From assembly GCA_030445245.1 (NCBI GenBank), contig JAUCSD010000001.1, positions 500,671 to 564,670 of the forward strand: DNA of 64,000 bases, read 5' to 3'. The DNA is from Candidatus Saccharimonadota bacterium (GTDB lineage Bacteria > Patescibacteriota > Saccharimonadia > Saccharimonadales > Saccharimonadaceae). Shown here one piece after another: positions 1 to 9,636 of this stretch. Below the pieces are notes generated by a model. It saw only the letters and a program-made list of their open reading frames with translations, had not been told where the DNA came from and made no database searches. The position numbers and the translations under genes are program-made. How positions within the stretch are numbered: position 1 is the first letter of the stretch; the number at the start of each line of letters is the position of its first letter.

Positions 1-96
1 AGAATATGTTTCGTGAATTAGTAAATATCAGAGAACTCCTGATAAATCACTTGCTACGACTATCACACTCCTGCCAAGTACTTCAGCGGCACTCGG

Positions 97-594
97 CTAA
101 AAAAGAAAACCAAGCACTACAAAAATAACGATTGCAAGTGAGATGAATACCGATACAATACTAGCGATTAATCTGCCATGTTCCAACTGACGTTTGATTA
201 CGTAAATAGGTAGGGCTATAAGATTAATGACTGCCACGATAAACGCAGGGGTTAAAAATTGAAACAAAGCAAACAAAGCTACAAACTCTGAGCCAGATTG
301 CCCATTTTTTGCGGTTTGAGTTGCCGTATTCATTGCTTGAAAATACAGACTCACACATGCAATCTGCAGAACAGCCAGAGCAATAAAAAAGGACAACCAT
401 ACTGCTGAAGGCTTCTTAACGAGTTCGCTACTATCGACAATGTTGAATTTAAGCGGTGGCACAGCCGGCTTTTCATCTTCTACGCTTTGTATGTCATTAA
501 GATTACTGAGTACAGGTTCTACTACAAGCGTTTTTTGTTCGAGATCAGGGGCTGTTTCCTGATCGTCTAGGGTTTTTTTCTCATCCATTACCAT
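97..594 (-). CDS. hypothetical membrane protein (acidic N-terminus, 3-4 TM helices)
   Basis: 165-aa ORF with hydrophobic spans (WLSFFIALAVLQIACVSLYF, FVALFALFQFLTPAFIVAVINLIALPIYVI, IASIVSVFISLAIVIFVVLGFLF). No family recognised. Confidence 0.5.
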   Translation of the reverse strand: MVMDEKKTLDDQETAPDLEQKTLVVEPVLSNLNDIQSVEDEKPAVPPLKFNIVDSSELVKKPSAVWLSFFIALAVLQIACVSLYFQAMNTATQTAKNGQSGSEFVALFALFQFLTPAFIVAVINLIALPIYVIKRQLEHGRLIASIVSVFISLAIVIFVVLGFLF

Positions 595-667
595 TATGAT
601 AGCATGAGAAACCCCATCCTCATCAGGGATACATTACCTATTGTTAATGCGGTATACAAACAGACCA

Positions 668-1744
668 CTAAAGATCATCTTTTTGTGGTCTATCGACAAG
701 CAGTGGTTCGACTACAGACGCATTGCCCGCAATCTTAATAACGTCCTTGTCTATCTTGCCGAGTTCTTTATGTGCTGAATTGTAGTGATTAACCGTTGCA
801 CCGAGGCTGCTGCCGAGTTTTTGCATGAACTCTTCGAACTTGCCAATGTGCATACCGAGTTGACCGACACGCACTTGGATATCTTTAGCCTGCACTTCTA
901 TCTGAAGGCTACGGAGACCTTGAAGCACCGTCTGGAGGTACGCCATGAAACTGGTTGGACTCACAATAATGACGTGCTTATCGCGAAAGGCGTATTCGAT
1001 TAGGTCACGCGAGCTCCCACCTGTCCCAACGTTATTGATAAGCAAGTCGTAGTAGAGTGATTCACTCGGAATGAACATGAAGGCAAAGTCCATTGTCTTT
1101 TCGTTTGGTCGGATATATTTGCTCGTCTCGTCGATACGACCCTTGAGGTCCATTTTTACTTTGAGCATCAGACGGTCACGTTCGGTTTTGTCCGTCGCTT
1201 CGATCATACGGTTATAGTTTTCGAGACTGAACTTGCTGTCCACCGGAAGCACCTGACCTTTTTCAAGAAAAATCGCTGCATCCACAATTTCGCCGTCTTT
1301 GAATTTATATTGCATTTGAAACTGGCCTGGAGGTAAAACATTACCAAGTACCGATTCGAGATAGTACTCGCCAAAGACACCACGCTGTTTTGGGTTCTGT
1401 AAGACGTTCTGAAGCGTCTTAAGCTCATCAGCCACATCAACAACCCGACGGTTGGTTTCATCGAGCTTAGCCAGGCGCTGTGTCACGTCGGCAACAAGCT
1501 TCGCACTTTGGCCGAGCTGTCGCTGCATTGATGTTTGCATGGCCATGTTGCCTCGATCGAGCTTATCGCCCATATTCTGTTGAAGCAAAGCAACACTCCG
1601 TGCCAGTTCCGTAACATCAGACTTCATCAGATCAACATTACCACTGCTCTTAAGATCACGCAGCCTTTGATTAAGCACAAAAATAACAAGGATAAATCCC
1701 ACGACAATAACAGCAAGGACGATAAAAAAAGTTGTTTGTTCCAT
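668..1744 (-). CDS. rmuC: DNA recombination protein RmuC
   Basis: 358-aa ORF with an N-terminal TM helix and a long coiled-coil. C-terminal blocks VDAAIFL, VDSKFSLENY, FMFIPSESLYYDL and IIVSPTSFMAYLQTV are typical of the RmuC family (from memory). Confidence 0.85.
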   Translation of the reverse strand: MEQTTFFIVLAVIVVGFILVIFVLNQRLRDLKSSGNVDLMKSDVTELARSVALLQQNMGDKLDRGNMAMQTSMQRQLGQSAKLVADVTQRLAKLDETNRRVVDVADELKTLQNVLQNPKQRGVFGEYYLESVLGNVLPPGQFQMQYKFKDGEIVDAAIFLEKGQVLPVDSKFSLENYNRMIEATDKTERDRLMLKVKMDLKGRIDETSKYIRPNEKTMDFAFMFIPSESLYYDLLINNVGTGGSSRDLIEYAFRDKHVIIVSPTSFMAYLQTVLQGLRSLQIEVQAKDIQVRVGQLGMHIGKFEEFMQKLGSSLGATVNHYNSAHKELGKIDKDVIKIAGNASVVEPLLVDRPQKDDL

Positions 1745-1762
1745 TACCTCAGTATATCAGTA

Positions 1763-2248
1763 CTAGGCGGTAAGGATAAGCCGCATAGCGACAATAAGTA
1801 CAAGGAGCAGAATAACCACAAGCCAGAACAAGCGAAGACGAGTCACCCAGGTAAAAACAAGGTAACCAACCAGGTACATTCCCGCAAGGCTTAGGCCAAC
1901 AATATACCAAGGCTGTTCACTAACAACACCGATAAGTCCCCACAGGCTAACGACCGTTGCGATGACCACAAGCAATGGTCGGAATACTTGGATCTTCACG
2001 AGGATAAAGAGTCCGATAGCGCCTGCGATAAGCGTGGCGATTACTTCACCGTATTGTGCAGCGACAGCACAGGTGCTCACTTGTTTCGCAGAACAGAGCA
2101 GTGACTTGAGTACATACGTCTCAAGAACATACGTAAGTCCCCATACGATTAGGCCAGCCGCGACACCAAATGCGGCTACCTGAATTAGTTGTTTTCTACT
2201 CATAGGTATATAGACGGTCTGCGTCTCGGTTTGATTCGTTTCACTCAT
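1763..2248 (-). CDS. hypothetical integral membrane protein (about 4 TM)
   Basis: 161-aa ORF with four long hydrophobic helices. Same strand as rmuC, 18-nt gap. Confidence 0.5.
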   Translation of the reverse strand: MSETNQTETQTVYIPMSRKQLIQVAAFGVAAGLIVWGLTYVLETYVLKSLLCSAKQVSTCAVAAQYGEVIATLIAGAIGLFILVKIQVFRPLLVVIATVVSLWGLIGVVSEQPWYIVGLSLAGMYLVGYLVFTWVTRLRLFWLVVILLLVLIVAMRLILTA

Positions 2249-2278
2249 CTCAGCATCACTCCAGTAAACTAGTAAGGT

Positions 2279-2791
2279 TTATTGTAGGCTATTTTGGTGC
2301 TTTTGGCGAGTAGGTTTCGTAAATATCTTTTCATCCCGTTGCAAGTACCATAATGCGCCGACACTCGCGACAAGAATTCCGCCGATAACATCAAGTGGCG
2401 TATGAACAAGCGCAAGTACCCTGCCAACACAGACAGCAACTGTGAGGATGGCAAGAGTAATACTAATCCACTTATGTCTCGTTTCAAACCAGACGGCGAG
2501 TGTAAGAAAGGCGGCAAAGAGAGCATGATCCGATGGGAAGCCAGGATTATTTAAGTATGATGCACCAGCAGCAACGCCTAAGATCTCAAACGGACGTTCA
2601 GTGGCCGGTTGATAGACAGCGCCAAGCAACTTGGCAAGAAGGTAGGCGGTAAGGCCTGCCATAAGAATTCGAGCATAGGCTTCAAACCGGGCGCCCTTAG
2701 GGATTAAAAATAATAGAGCATACCCAGCAAGCACAATAATTGGCAGAACTGCGCCATCAGCAACAAGCTTAATCAGAGTCTGAATTGTCAT
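2279..2791 (-). CDS. PAP2-family phosphatase (membrane-bound)
   Basis: 170-aa ORF with the three PAP2 motifs in order: ...ATERPF, FPSDHA (PSGH-like) and GRVLALVHTPLDV (SRx5Hx3D-like). Multi-TM. The overlapping 85-aa ORF at 2269..2526 is taken as a shadow. Confidence 0.7.
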   Translation of the reverse strand: MTIQTLIKLVADGAVLPIIVLAGYALLFLIPKGARFEAYARILMAGLTAYLLAKLLGAVYQPATERPFEILGVAAGASYLNNPGFPSDHALFAAFLTLAVWFETRHKWISITLAILTVAVCVGRVLALVHTPLDVIGGILVASVGALWYLQRDEKIFTKPTRQKHQNSLQ

Positions 2792-2824
2792 AAACTTAGT
2801 ATACTACTTTGAAGCGTTGAGAAG

Positions 2825-3193
2825 CTAGTTCAATCGACTACTTCGAACGGCAACATATCGATCAATCCGATTAGAAGACCAGCCACGTTGACGAAGCTCA
2901 CCTTTTAACTTACCGAATAATGCCAATCGAAACGCTCGAATATTGCGAAAGCCTCGCTTATGCGCGATTTCCTCAAGCGTTAGGTGCTTATGAAGGCTCT
3001 TAAATGTATCAGAATCCATACCGAGAATTTCAGCGCGCAGGTCACCTTTCCTGTCGTGATGTTGTAGCAGACGATCGAATTGCGACTCAGGACGATGCTT
3101 ACTACCTGGTAGTCTCCTGCTGATGCCCGGCACCGCCGCGGCAACTGCAGTCACAAGTAGAAGTGACGTCAGCGTACTGGTTGATATTCTCAT
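2825..3193 (-). CDS. small basic secreted or anchored protein, unknown function
   Basis: 122-aa ORF with a signal-peptide-like N-terminus (MRISTSTLTSLLLVTAVAAAVPG). Confidence 0.45.
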   Translation of the reverse strand: MRISTSTLTSLLLVTAVAAAVPGISRRLPGSKHRPESQFDRLLQHHDRKGDLRAEILGMDSDTFKSLHKHLTLEEIAHKRGFRNIRAFRLALFGKLKGELRQRGWSSNRIDRYVAVRSSRLN

Positions 3194-3295
3194 GTCTATC
3201 CCCCTTATAAGCGGATCTTATAATCGCTTATGTTTTCAGTATACGTCGTGAAAATATGTGAAAAGAATGTATTTTTTGCAACAATATGGGCAGTG

Positions 3296-4015
3296 CTAAC
3301 TAACGCTAGCACCGAACAGATACCCGACACCATATGTGACAACGGAAGCGAGAATAACGATGCCTAATTGACGCAAAGCGCCATACGCAATCGGCTTACC
3401 GCTCGAGGCGCTGATATAGCCACCCACGATCAGGCTGCCAAGCCCCGTAAAGACAATCGAGAGGGTAATGGCAAGGACACCACCGGTAAAAAACCATGGC
3501 ATGAGCGGTGCGAGCGCACCGAGTGTAAAGAGGAGAAATGAACTACCGGCAGCAACCCACGGTGAGCCTAGTTCGTCAGGATTAAATCCCATCACCTGCC
3601 GGGCATAGACATTTGTAAGATGCGTATCACTCTGCGCGATTTCCTTGGCCGCAGACGTCGCCGTCTTGTCTGCATGACCCGATTTAGACAGACTATCAGT
3701 CACCTGATCGATCAAAAGCTCACGGTCGTTCTCGATGAGCTTTCTGATGTCCTTGAGAATCCCATCAAATAATTCTACCTGGGCGCGAACCGAGATCCAC
3801 TCGCCTGCTGCCATGCTCACTGCTCCGGCTACGAGTCCGGCAAATCCAGACAGCAATACGGTATGGGCGTCTGCTCCTGCACCAGCTACGGCGAGAACGA
3901 TACAAAGAACACTAACAAGTCCGTCATTTACTCCGAGCACTGCCGCGCGGGCTGCACCACGTTGAACTTGCAAGGCACGCCTTGCTAATACTGCACTGTC
4001 TTGGGTTTTACTCAT
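3296..4015 (-). CDS. VIT1/CCC1-family iron/manganese transporter
   Basis: Start moved to ATG 4015 (MSKTQDSAV...). Blocks LGVNDGLVSV and SMAAGEWISV plus C-terminal TM helices fit VIT1/CCC1. The 368-aa track ORF extension runs through a stop-poor G+C-rich patch and is not believed. Paralog at 8399..9100. Confidence 0.8.
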   Translation of the reverse strand: MSKTQDSAVLARRALQVQRGAARAAVLGVNDGLVSVLCIVLAVAGAGADAHTVLLSGFAGLVAGAVSMAAGEWISVRAQVELFDGILKDIRKLIENDRELLIDQVTDSLSKSGHADKTATSAAKEIAQSDTHLTNVYARQVMGFNPDELGSPWVAAGSSFLLFTLGALAPLMPWFFTGGVLAITLSIVFTGLGSLIVGGYISASSGKPIAYGALRQLGIVILASVVTYGVGYLFGASVS

Positions 4016-4182
4016 ATCCTTTATTTTATCATCTACAAGAGATAAAACGGCGCTTTTCGTCCTTTTGGACTCATCAGCGTATATGCACATATACGGAAGC
4101 GATGGATAGGCAGGATGAGAGTGGTATCTCGGGGAGACCGGACGCGAGGCGTCCGAGTCTGCCCCGAGAACCGAGTCGTCGG

Positions 4183-4365
4183 TCAGATAACGTCGGGCGC
4201 GTTGCCCGTCGCCTGTCCGTCGGCGACGGGCTCCACCACCGCGGTGGCGTTGCTGCGACGACGCACGGCGACAACGCCACCAGCGGCTGCAGCCAGAGCC
4301 ACGACGACCCCGCCGACGACGGCCAGGACGGACTTCTTCCTGCTCGAACGCTTCGTGCGGAACAT
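4183..4365 (-). CDS. tiny single-pass membrane protein encoded in a G+C-rich patch
   Basis: 60-aa ORF MFRTKRSSRKKSVLAVVGGVVVALAAAAGGVVAVRRR.... AGAGGA-type RBS about 6 nt upstream of the ATG. Composition clearly differs from its neighbours. Confidence 0.4.
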   Translation of the reverse strand: MFRTKRSSRKKSVLAVVGGVVVALAAAAGGVVAVRRRSNATAVVEPVADGQATGNAPDVI

Positions 4366-4468
4366 GGATGGTCCTCTCGAGTTGCCTATCCGAAAATCTC
4401 ACCTGGTTCGGGTAAGATCAGATAAGAGTATGTCATATTTCTATGTCTCGGTCAAGAACGATTTGTCG

Positions 4469-5365
4469 TTACGACGTAGTACCAACGATATATTTCATCA
4501 AGAAACCGCCGTATTTAGGATCACTCAGTTTCGTTCTAATATCTGGAGTGATGACATACTTACTGTTTGATTCACCGGCACTGCCATTGAGGTCGGCAAC
4601 GAACGACCATTGATCATGCACAGCTGCAAAGAGGAGGATTGGTGGTTTTGTTTTAGTTCTTAGGTTCAGGGTGGCAAATGACTTATCGTCTTCGGTTACC
4701 ACGGTGCGTGTAACTGAGGTATAACTTGGTAGCTGCTTGCCACCATATAGCTTAAGAAGCTTGTCTGTCTGAGCATATTCATCACTAATCGCTTGCTTTT
4801 CGGCGCATCCTAACTGGTGTGAGACGGGTACTTCAGAATCAGCCTGGGATGAAGAAGGACTAGAACTAATCAACTGACACACGGCACCATCACTGACAAA
4901 GGTTGCGTACTGGACACCGTTTGACGTACTGTCGGTGCTATTAGCTACTCGCTTATAGCCTTTAGCCTTCATGAAGGTATCTGTCTGCTCCTGGATTGCC
5001 TGTATATCATTTTGGGCTGATTTGCTTTTGCTATAAAAGAGTACGTTCTGAGGTGTTAACGTACTGACAGCAAAAGAGCGATCAGGCATTTTGTAAATAA
5101 CAGGAATATTTGAACCATCATATACCTGCTGTTCATATAAGTTTTCCGATAAACCAGTAATCGCTCCTGGCGCGCCATAAAGTGCGACCGTTTCATCAGC
5201 ATTAACCGACATGATGGATGAAGATATTTTCTTCGGAACAAGACTTTTAAGTACAAATACGGTACCTACCGCAATAACGACAAGGACAACAACAGCTATA
5301 CCAACTACTGTAAGCCGGCGTATCCAAATTTCTCGTGGGGATTGAGTATCATTTTCCATATTCAT
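4469..5365 (-). CDS. membrane-anchored extracytoplasmic protein, unknown function
   Basis: 298-aa ORF with one N-terminal TM (LTVVGIAVVVLVVIAVGTVFVL). Lies 7 nt downstream of the pilin-like gene on the same strand. Confidence 0.5.
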   Translation of the reverse strand: MNMENDTQSPREIWIRRLTVVGIAVVVLVVIAVGTVFVLKSLVPKKISSSIMSVNADETVALYGAPGAITGLSENLYEQQVYDGSNIPVIYKMPDRSFAVSTLTPQNVLFYSKSKSAQNDIQAIQEQTDTFMKAKGYKRVANSTDSTSNGVQYATFVSDGAVCQLISSSPSSSQADSEVPVSHQLGCAEKQAISDEYAQTDKLLKLYGGKQLPSYTSVTRTVVTEDDKSFATLNLRTKTKPPILLFAAVHDQWSFVADLNGSAGESNSKYVITPDIRTKLSDPKYGGFLMKYIVGTTS

Positions 5366-5372
5366 ATCCTCC

Positions 5373-6740
5373 CTATGGGTATACCGTTATAATGTTATGT
5401 AATTCAGGGCTATAAGCTGACGTTGTCCAGTTCGACTTACACTGATATTTACCCCAATAATCCATGGTCTTCGTAGTGCTCACGGTATCCCACTCGTCGT
5501 TATAACCCCAGGGGTGTGGGCCCCATGCCTTACCATTCCAGTCCTGTGTCCTAAAGGTCCCAGCAGTCACTGAGGTACCGGATGGACAGGTACCTGAATA
5601 GTTAACAATAGCAAACACATATGATTGGAAGCTTTTAGATGCCGGCGTTAGCCATGTAGGCGTAACAGGGGCACTAATGGAACGGACGGTCGTTGCGATA
5701 CTGCTATCTGCGGTCGAGCTACTGCCGTTAGCTCCAACAAGACAGCGAGCATGTGTCTGGAAGCCGTATTGATAGCCTTGCGAAGCAGCTACAGTCTGGG
5801 TAAGCCCCGTAGCCCAGGCGCTCCAAGCCGACCAAGTGCCCATAGTTGCCGTTGCCGTGCTTCGGTTACGCAGCTGGTACTGAACTGTTCCAGAAGGACA
5901 GGTCACTGCCGCAATCGTTCCGACGGCGTTCGTTCCAGACATCGCTGCAGTAATAAGAGGTACCGTGTTTGGCGGTGCGATGACACTCACGACACTGGCT
6001 GTATTCGACCAGTTACTTTCACTTCCTGCGGCAATAGCAAGCACATGGAAATAGTAGGTGGTACCAGCGGTGAGGCCAGTCACTGATGCGGACAGATTGG
6101 AAGTCGTCGTTGGGACAACGTTAGCTGTAAAGTCGGTATCAGTCGCACGTTCAAACCTATACTGCAATGCGCCAGGGACATTTGTCCAACTAAGGTTGAC
6201 CGCTGTCGAACCAGCTGAGGTTGCCGTCAGTGTTGGGATCGAGTTGACACCAAGAGCGGTTGTATGAAGACTGTCTTTAGATATAATTTCACCGGTTCCC
6301 TCTTTACGGTATTGAAGAGTATATTTTAGACAGGCTGCGCCTGTATCACAGGTGGTACTCCCGTCACCAACATAGGCAAAGGTGTCCGGACCAGATCCAG
6401 CCGTCAGGCCGGTACAGGTGATCGCATTGCTCACACCAGTCGCTGTCGTTGGCGTAACCAAGGCGCCTGGATCGATACCAGGTAGCACTGATGCGCTTAC
6501 TTGAGCTGCCGTTTGCGTCATAGCACTACAGCTTGGATACTCACCATTTTTATTAAAGTATTTCTCAAGTGCTCCCGTAATAACACCAACCTTCGTTGAA
6601 CGGTCGGTATTACGAACGTCAATTTGAACTTTAGAGTACACGGCAATCGAAATGGCAGCGAGAATCGCAATAATGGCGACTACTATCGTTACTTCTACAA
6701 TTGTAAATCCACTTCGATTTTTTATCATGGTATGTCTCAT
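5373..6740 (-). CDS. type IV pilin-like protein (prepilin N-terminal methylation domain) with FN3-like segment
   Basis: N-terminus ...KNRSG/FTIVEVTIVVAIIAILAAISIAV matches the prepilin G-F-T-x-x-E motif. The body is Thr/Ser-rich, with an FN3-like stretch (LSWTNVPGALQYRFERA...GTTYYFHV). Confidence 0.75.
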   Translation of the reverse strand: MRHTMIKNRSGFTIVEVTIVVAIIAILAAISIAVYSKVQIDVRNTDRSTKVGVITGALEKYFNKNGEYPSCSAMTQTAAQVSASVLPGIDPGALVTPTTATGVSNAITCTGLTAGSGPDTFAYVGDGSTTCDTGAACLKYTLQYRKEGTGEIISKDSLHTTALGVNSIPTLTATSAGSTAVNLSWTNVPGALQYRFERATDTDFTANVVPTTTSNLSASVTGLTAGTTYYFHVLAIAAGSESNWSNTASVVSVIAPPNTVPLITAAMSGTNAVGTIAAVTCPSGTVQYQLRNRSTATATMGTWSAWSAWATGLTQTVAASQGYQYGFQTHARCLVGANGSSSTADSSIATTVRSISAPVTPTWLTPASKSFQSYVFAIVNYSGTCPSGTSVTAGTFRTQDWNGKAWGPHPWGYNDEWDTVSTTKTMDYWGKYQCKSNWTTSAYSPELHNIITVYP

Positions 6741-6843
6741 ACTCTACTATAACGGTTGTGCTTCCGTCAACGAATAATTTCTACTTATCCACCTACGCCG
6801 AACGCGTAACGCTTATGTTTTTAAATGAACAATGGATGAAAAT

Positions 6844-6873
6844 AAAACTGCCAGGTACGTACCTGGCAGTTTT
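6844..6873. terminator. bidirectional rho-independent terminator
   Basis: Palindrome AAAACTGCCAGGTAC/GTACCTGGCAGTTTT with A/T runs on both sides, directly after the stop of 6896..7609. Confidence 0.7.
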
Positions 6874-6895
6874 GTGTTGTAGCTCGTTATCTTAT

Positions 6896-7609
6896 TTAGA
6901 TTTGGGTACGAGCGCTTGAGAGGCTGCGCTTTGATTCAACGAATCGGTAGGCGGCGTAAGCCATTGCACCAAGAGCGATGCTACCTAGAAGGATGTTCTC
7001 GCTAGCACCGGTGTGTGGAAGTTCAGCAGGGACTTCAACCACTGGAGTAGTTGTTGCAGGAGGCGTCACAACAGGTGGAGTAACGACTGGAGGTGTTACT
7101 ACTGGAGGAACGGTAATTGTAACGACGGCAGGGTTACAGCCTTTTTGTGGGTTGTCGTTTGCTGTACTGTCGCCAGTAAAACAAGCAGTGTTCTGGATTG
7201 AACCGTTAGTCTTAGATACTACCTTTACAAGGTATTCTTTAGTTACTTTCTGACCTGGCTTCACGGTGCCGATATTTTCAGTGATCATACGCTTTGAAGG
7301 ATTACTTACAAGCTCAACACCTGCTGGAAGCGTGTCAGTCATAACTGTCTTAGCCATGTCGTTATAGCCCTTGCTATCCGCAGCACCATTGTTGCTGACT
7401 TCGATCACGTACTTAAGTGTGTCACCTGGTTTTGCGGCAACTGCTTGAGCAACCGTATCAGCTTCACTGAGCGCACTGTTAGTAGTAACGTTTTGTACTT
7501 TCTTAGTGATAACACCTTGTGGGTGCCATGCGAAAGCAGTAGTTGTTAGACCTGCAATAGTGATTGCACCGACGATACCGGCACTTAGTAATACTTTACT
7601 TACATTCAT
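6896..7609 (-). CDS. LPXTG cell-wall-anchored surface protein
   Basis: Signal peptide, DUF11-like repeat segment (KPGDTLKYVIEVSNNG) and a (PPVVT)n linker. Ends with LPHTG, a hydrophobic span and a basic tail (sortase sorting signal). Confidence 0.8.
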   Translation of the reverse strand: MNVSKVLLSAGIVGAITIAGLTTTAFAWHPQGVITKKVQNVTTNSALSEADTVAQAVAAKPGDTLKYVIEVSNNGAADSKGYNDMAKTVMTDTLPAGVELVSNPSKRMITENIGTVKPGQKVTKEYLVKVVSKTNGSIQNTACFTGDSTANDNPQKGCNPAVVTITVPPVVTPPVVTPPVVTPPATTTPVVEVPAELPHTGASENILLGSIALGAMAYAAYRFVESKRSLSSARTQI

Positions 7610-7760
7610 AAGTTTATTCCTCCGTTAAAAAATTTCTCCGGGGCAGCCTCTCAAAGCTGTAGTATGGATTGAATATCATTCTATCACAATATCGTGCTTA
7701 TGTCAATAATATTCTTATAGAATACTTAAGCAACCTCTGTTAGAAAGTATATTTAAAAAG

Positions 7761-8342
7761 CTAATAGACAATTGTGTGCTTCAGTAAATAGATGATCTCA
7801 CTGTAGTGCTGGAAATAGAACCAGCAGTTAAATGCAAGGAGTACCGGGAGGATGATGAATGTCTCCACCGCGCTATCGGTTGTGATTCGCCAGGATTTAA
7901 GGGGCGGGATACCAAATTTAATAGGTATTGGCAGTAGCCATGGCACCCCCTCTTTAGTAAAGGTATCCATAACAAGGTGAGAAATGACGCCAATCATAAA
8001 CGCCCACCAGACGATATCACTATTGATCGAGCCCATAATTGGGTGAAGAAACGTGAGAAGCATACGAGATAAAAAGCCCAGCAATATCAACCCAATCAGA
8101 GAATGAGTCAAAAAGCGGTGGCCACCGAGTAAAACACCAAAAACTCTTCCAAAGTATCTCCCTACTGGCAAATTACGCCATAATGGCGCTGTTGGCTGGT
8201 CGATATCAGGTGCAATGCCTCCGATAAGATTAGCAAGCACGGCAACCATGGCCGTTGCGAGTGATAACGTCACAGGTGGCATGAGTAAAAAGACTACTCC
8301 AAGAGCAGTGATTGCGGCGAGGTCGTGGGTTCGTGCGATCAT
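7761..8342 (-). CDS. membrane-bound metal-dependent hydrolase (YdjM/DUF457-like)
   Basis: 193-aa multi-TM ORF with GGHRFLTHSLIG and HLVMD His/Asp motifs typical of DUF457. Confidence 0.6.
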   Translation of the reverse strand: MIARTHDLAAITALGVVFLLMPPVTLSLATAMVAVLANLIGGIAPDIDQPTAPLWRNLPVGRYFGRVFGVLLGGHRFLTHSLIGLILLGFLSRMLLTFLHPIMGSINSDIVWWAFMIGVISHLVMDTFTKEGVPWLLPIPIKFGIPPLKSWRITTDSAVETFIILPVLLAFNCWFYFQHYSEIIYLLKHTIVY

Positions 8343-8398
8343 GCTATCGTTTATTTTAGCAGACGTAGGCTACGTAGAAATGCCAAAACTATGCCGAT

Positions 8399-9100
8399 CT
8401 AGACTCCACCACCGATCAAGTGACCAATGAAATACGTGATAGCCATGGCGATGCCACCACCAACAAACACGCGCAGAGAAGCAATAAGTCGATGGCCACC
8501 CCCTATATAGGCACCGACAGCACCAGATACGGCTAAGCCTACAAGAGAAAGTGCAGCAATTATCATTCCGCCTGAGGCTGGGGCAATAAGAGCTGCCAAA
8601 ATGGGAATACTCGAGCCCAGAGAGAAAGCAATCGCTGAGGCGATAGCTGCCTGTGTCGGATTGGCGAGATCCTCATGATCAATATTTAGTTCGTCTCGCG
8701 CGTGCGCCCCAACTGCATCATGTTCGTGAAGCTGGACAGCAACTTGTTTTGCGAGGGATGGTTCAAGCCCACGCTGTTCGTAGATCCAGGCAAGTTCTGC
8801 AAGCTCTTTTTTTGGATTAGCAGCTATTGATCTTCTTTCGATAGCAATGTCTGCCTTTTCAGAGTCACGCTGAGAACTCACAGAAACATACTCCCCCGCT
8901 GCCATTGACAATGCGCCGGCGACGAGACCAGCAATACCAGCTGTTAGGATCGCTGAGTCATTGTGCGAAGCAGCAAGAACGCCAAGCATAAGACTCGCGT
9001 TCGAGACAATGCCGTCATTCATACCAAGGACTGCTGCCCGTAGCCATGCTGCTCTATGTGATTTGTGTTTTTCGAGATGAGGACTTTTATATGTTTGCAT
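8399..9100 (-). CDS. VIT1/CCC1-family iron/manganese transporter (second paralog)
   Basis: 233-aa ORF with LGMNDGIVSN, SMAAGEYVSV and C-terminal TM helices. Confidence 0.8.
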   Translation of the reverse strand: MQTYKSPHLEKHKSHRAAWLRAAVLGMNDGIVSNASLMLGVLAASHNDSAILTAGIAGLVAGALSMAAGEYVSVSSQRDSEKADIAIERRSIAANPKKELAELAWIYEQRGLEPSLAKQVAVQLHEHDAVGAHARDELNIDHEDLANPTQAAIASAIAFSLGSSIPILAALIAPASGGMIIAALSLVGLAVSGAVGAYIGGGHRLIASLRVFVGGGIAMAITYFIGHLIGGGV

Positions 9101-9432
9101 TTATTCTTATTATAGTTCTAATTTCTCGTAACACCTACATAAAACAACGTCGTGTTTGATATTTGACTTCAAACACGTCATGAACCTATACACTAGATAT
9201 ATAAAGTTGTTAGCTACAAGGGAGAGCAAATATATGAGAAAAATAGTTATTTTAACCACAGAATTAAAGAAACCCCAAAGATCCACATAGGATCCAGGGG
9301 TTGAACTGTCATACGAGGAGAAGTTAGCTTCTCGACTCGTATAGAGAGGTGGGGCGTGCCGACATACGGTCGACACACCCCTTGGCTAGCCGTCCACTTA
9401 CCGCAACCGTGTGCCGGCGGCAGTCCTCGTGG

Positions 9433-9636
9433 TTACTTCTTGCCCGTGAAGAAGTCGTCTCCGAAGGGGTCCTTCGAGAATGCCGCCACGGCCCGGATGC
9501 CCAGCACACTGCTGAACACCACGCCGATGACGGCCACCAGAAGCGCGAGCTTCCAGCCGACAGTGATCAGGAGCAGGGTGGCGACAAGCAGCGCCAGGAG
9601 CAGGACAGCGATGGCCATGAGCATACGCTTCATCAT
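9433..9636 (-). CDS. small two-TM membrane protein encoded in a G+C-rich patch
   Basis: Start set at MMKRMLMAIAVLLLALLVATLLLITVGWKLALLVAVIGVVF..., with a GGAG RBS 6 nt upstream. The overlapping + strand ORFs 9349..9732 and 9356..9724 are taken as shadows. Confidence 0.45.
   Translation of the reverse strand: MMKRMLMAIAVLLLALLVATLLLITVGWKLALLVAVIGVVFSSVLGIRAVAAFSKDPFGDDFFTGKK

Noticed and set aside
3296-4402. 368-aa version of the VIT1 ORF with an Arg/Gly-rich N-terminal extension, and the + strand ORFs 3982..4425 and 4115..4570
   Set aside because: The extension and mirror ORFs all fall in a stop-poor G+C-rich patch. The VIT1 homology starts at MSKTQDS (ATG 4015), and the extension is low-complexity (RRRRGRRGSG...).
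7030-7130. Tandem repeat PPVVTPPVVTPPVVTPP as an independent repeat element
   Set aside because: It is the in-frame Pro/Thr/Val linker of the LPXTG protein. The + strand ORFs 6978..7253 and 7013..7201 are shadows of it.
9110-9376. 88-aa minus-strand ORF in the A+T-rich spacer after the second VIT1 gene
   Set aside because: No RBS, an implausible composition, and it spans a compositional boundary. It is likely non-coding.
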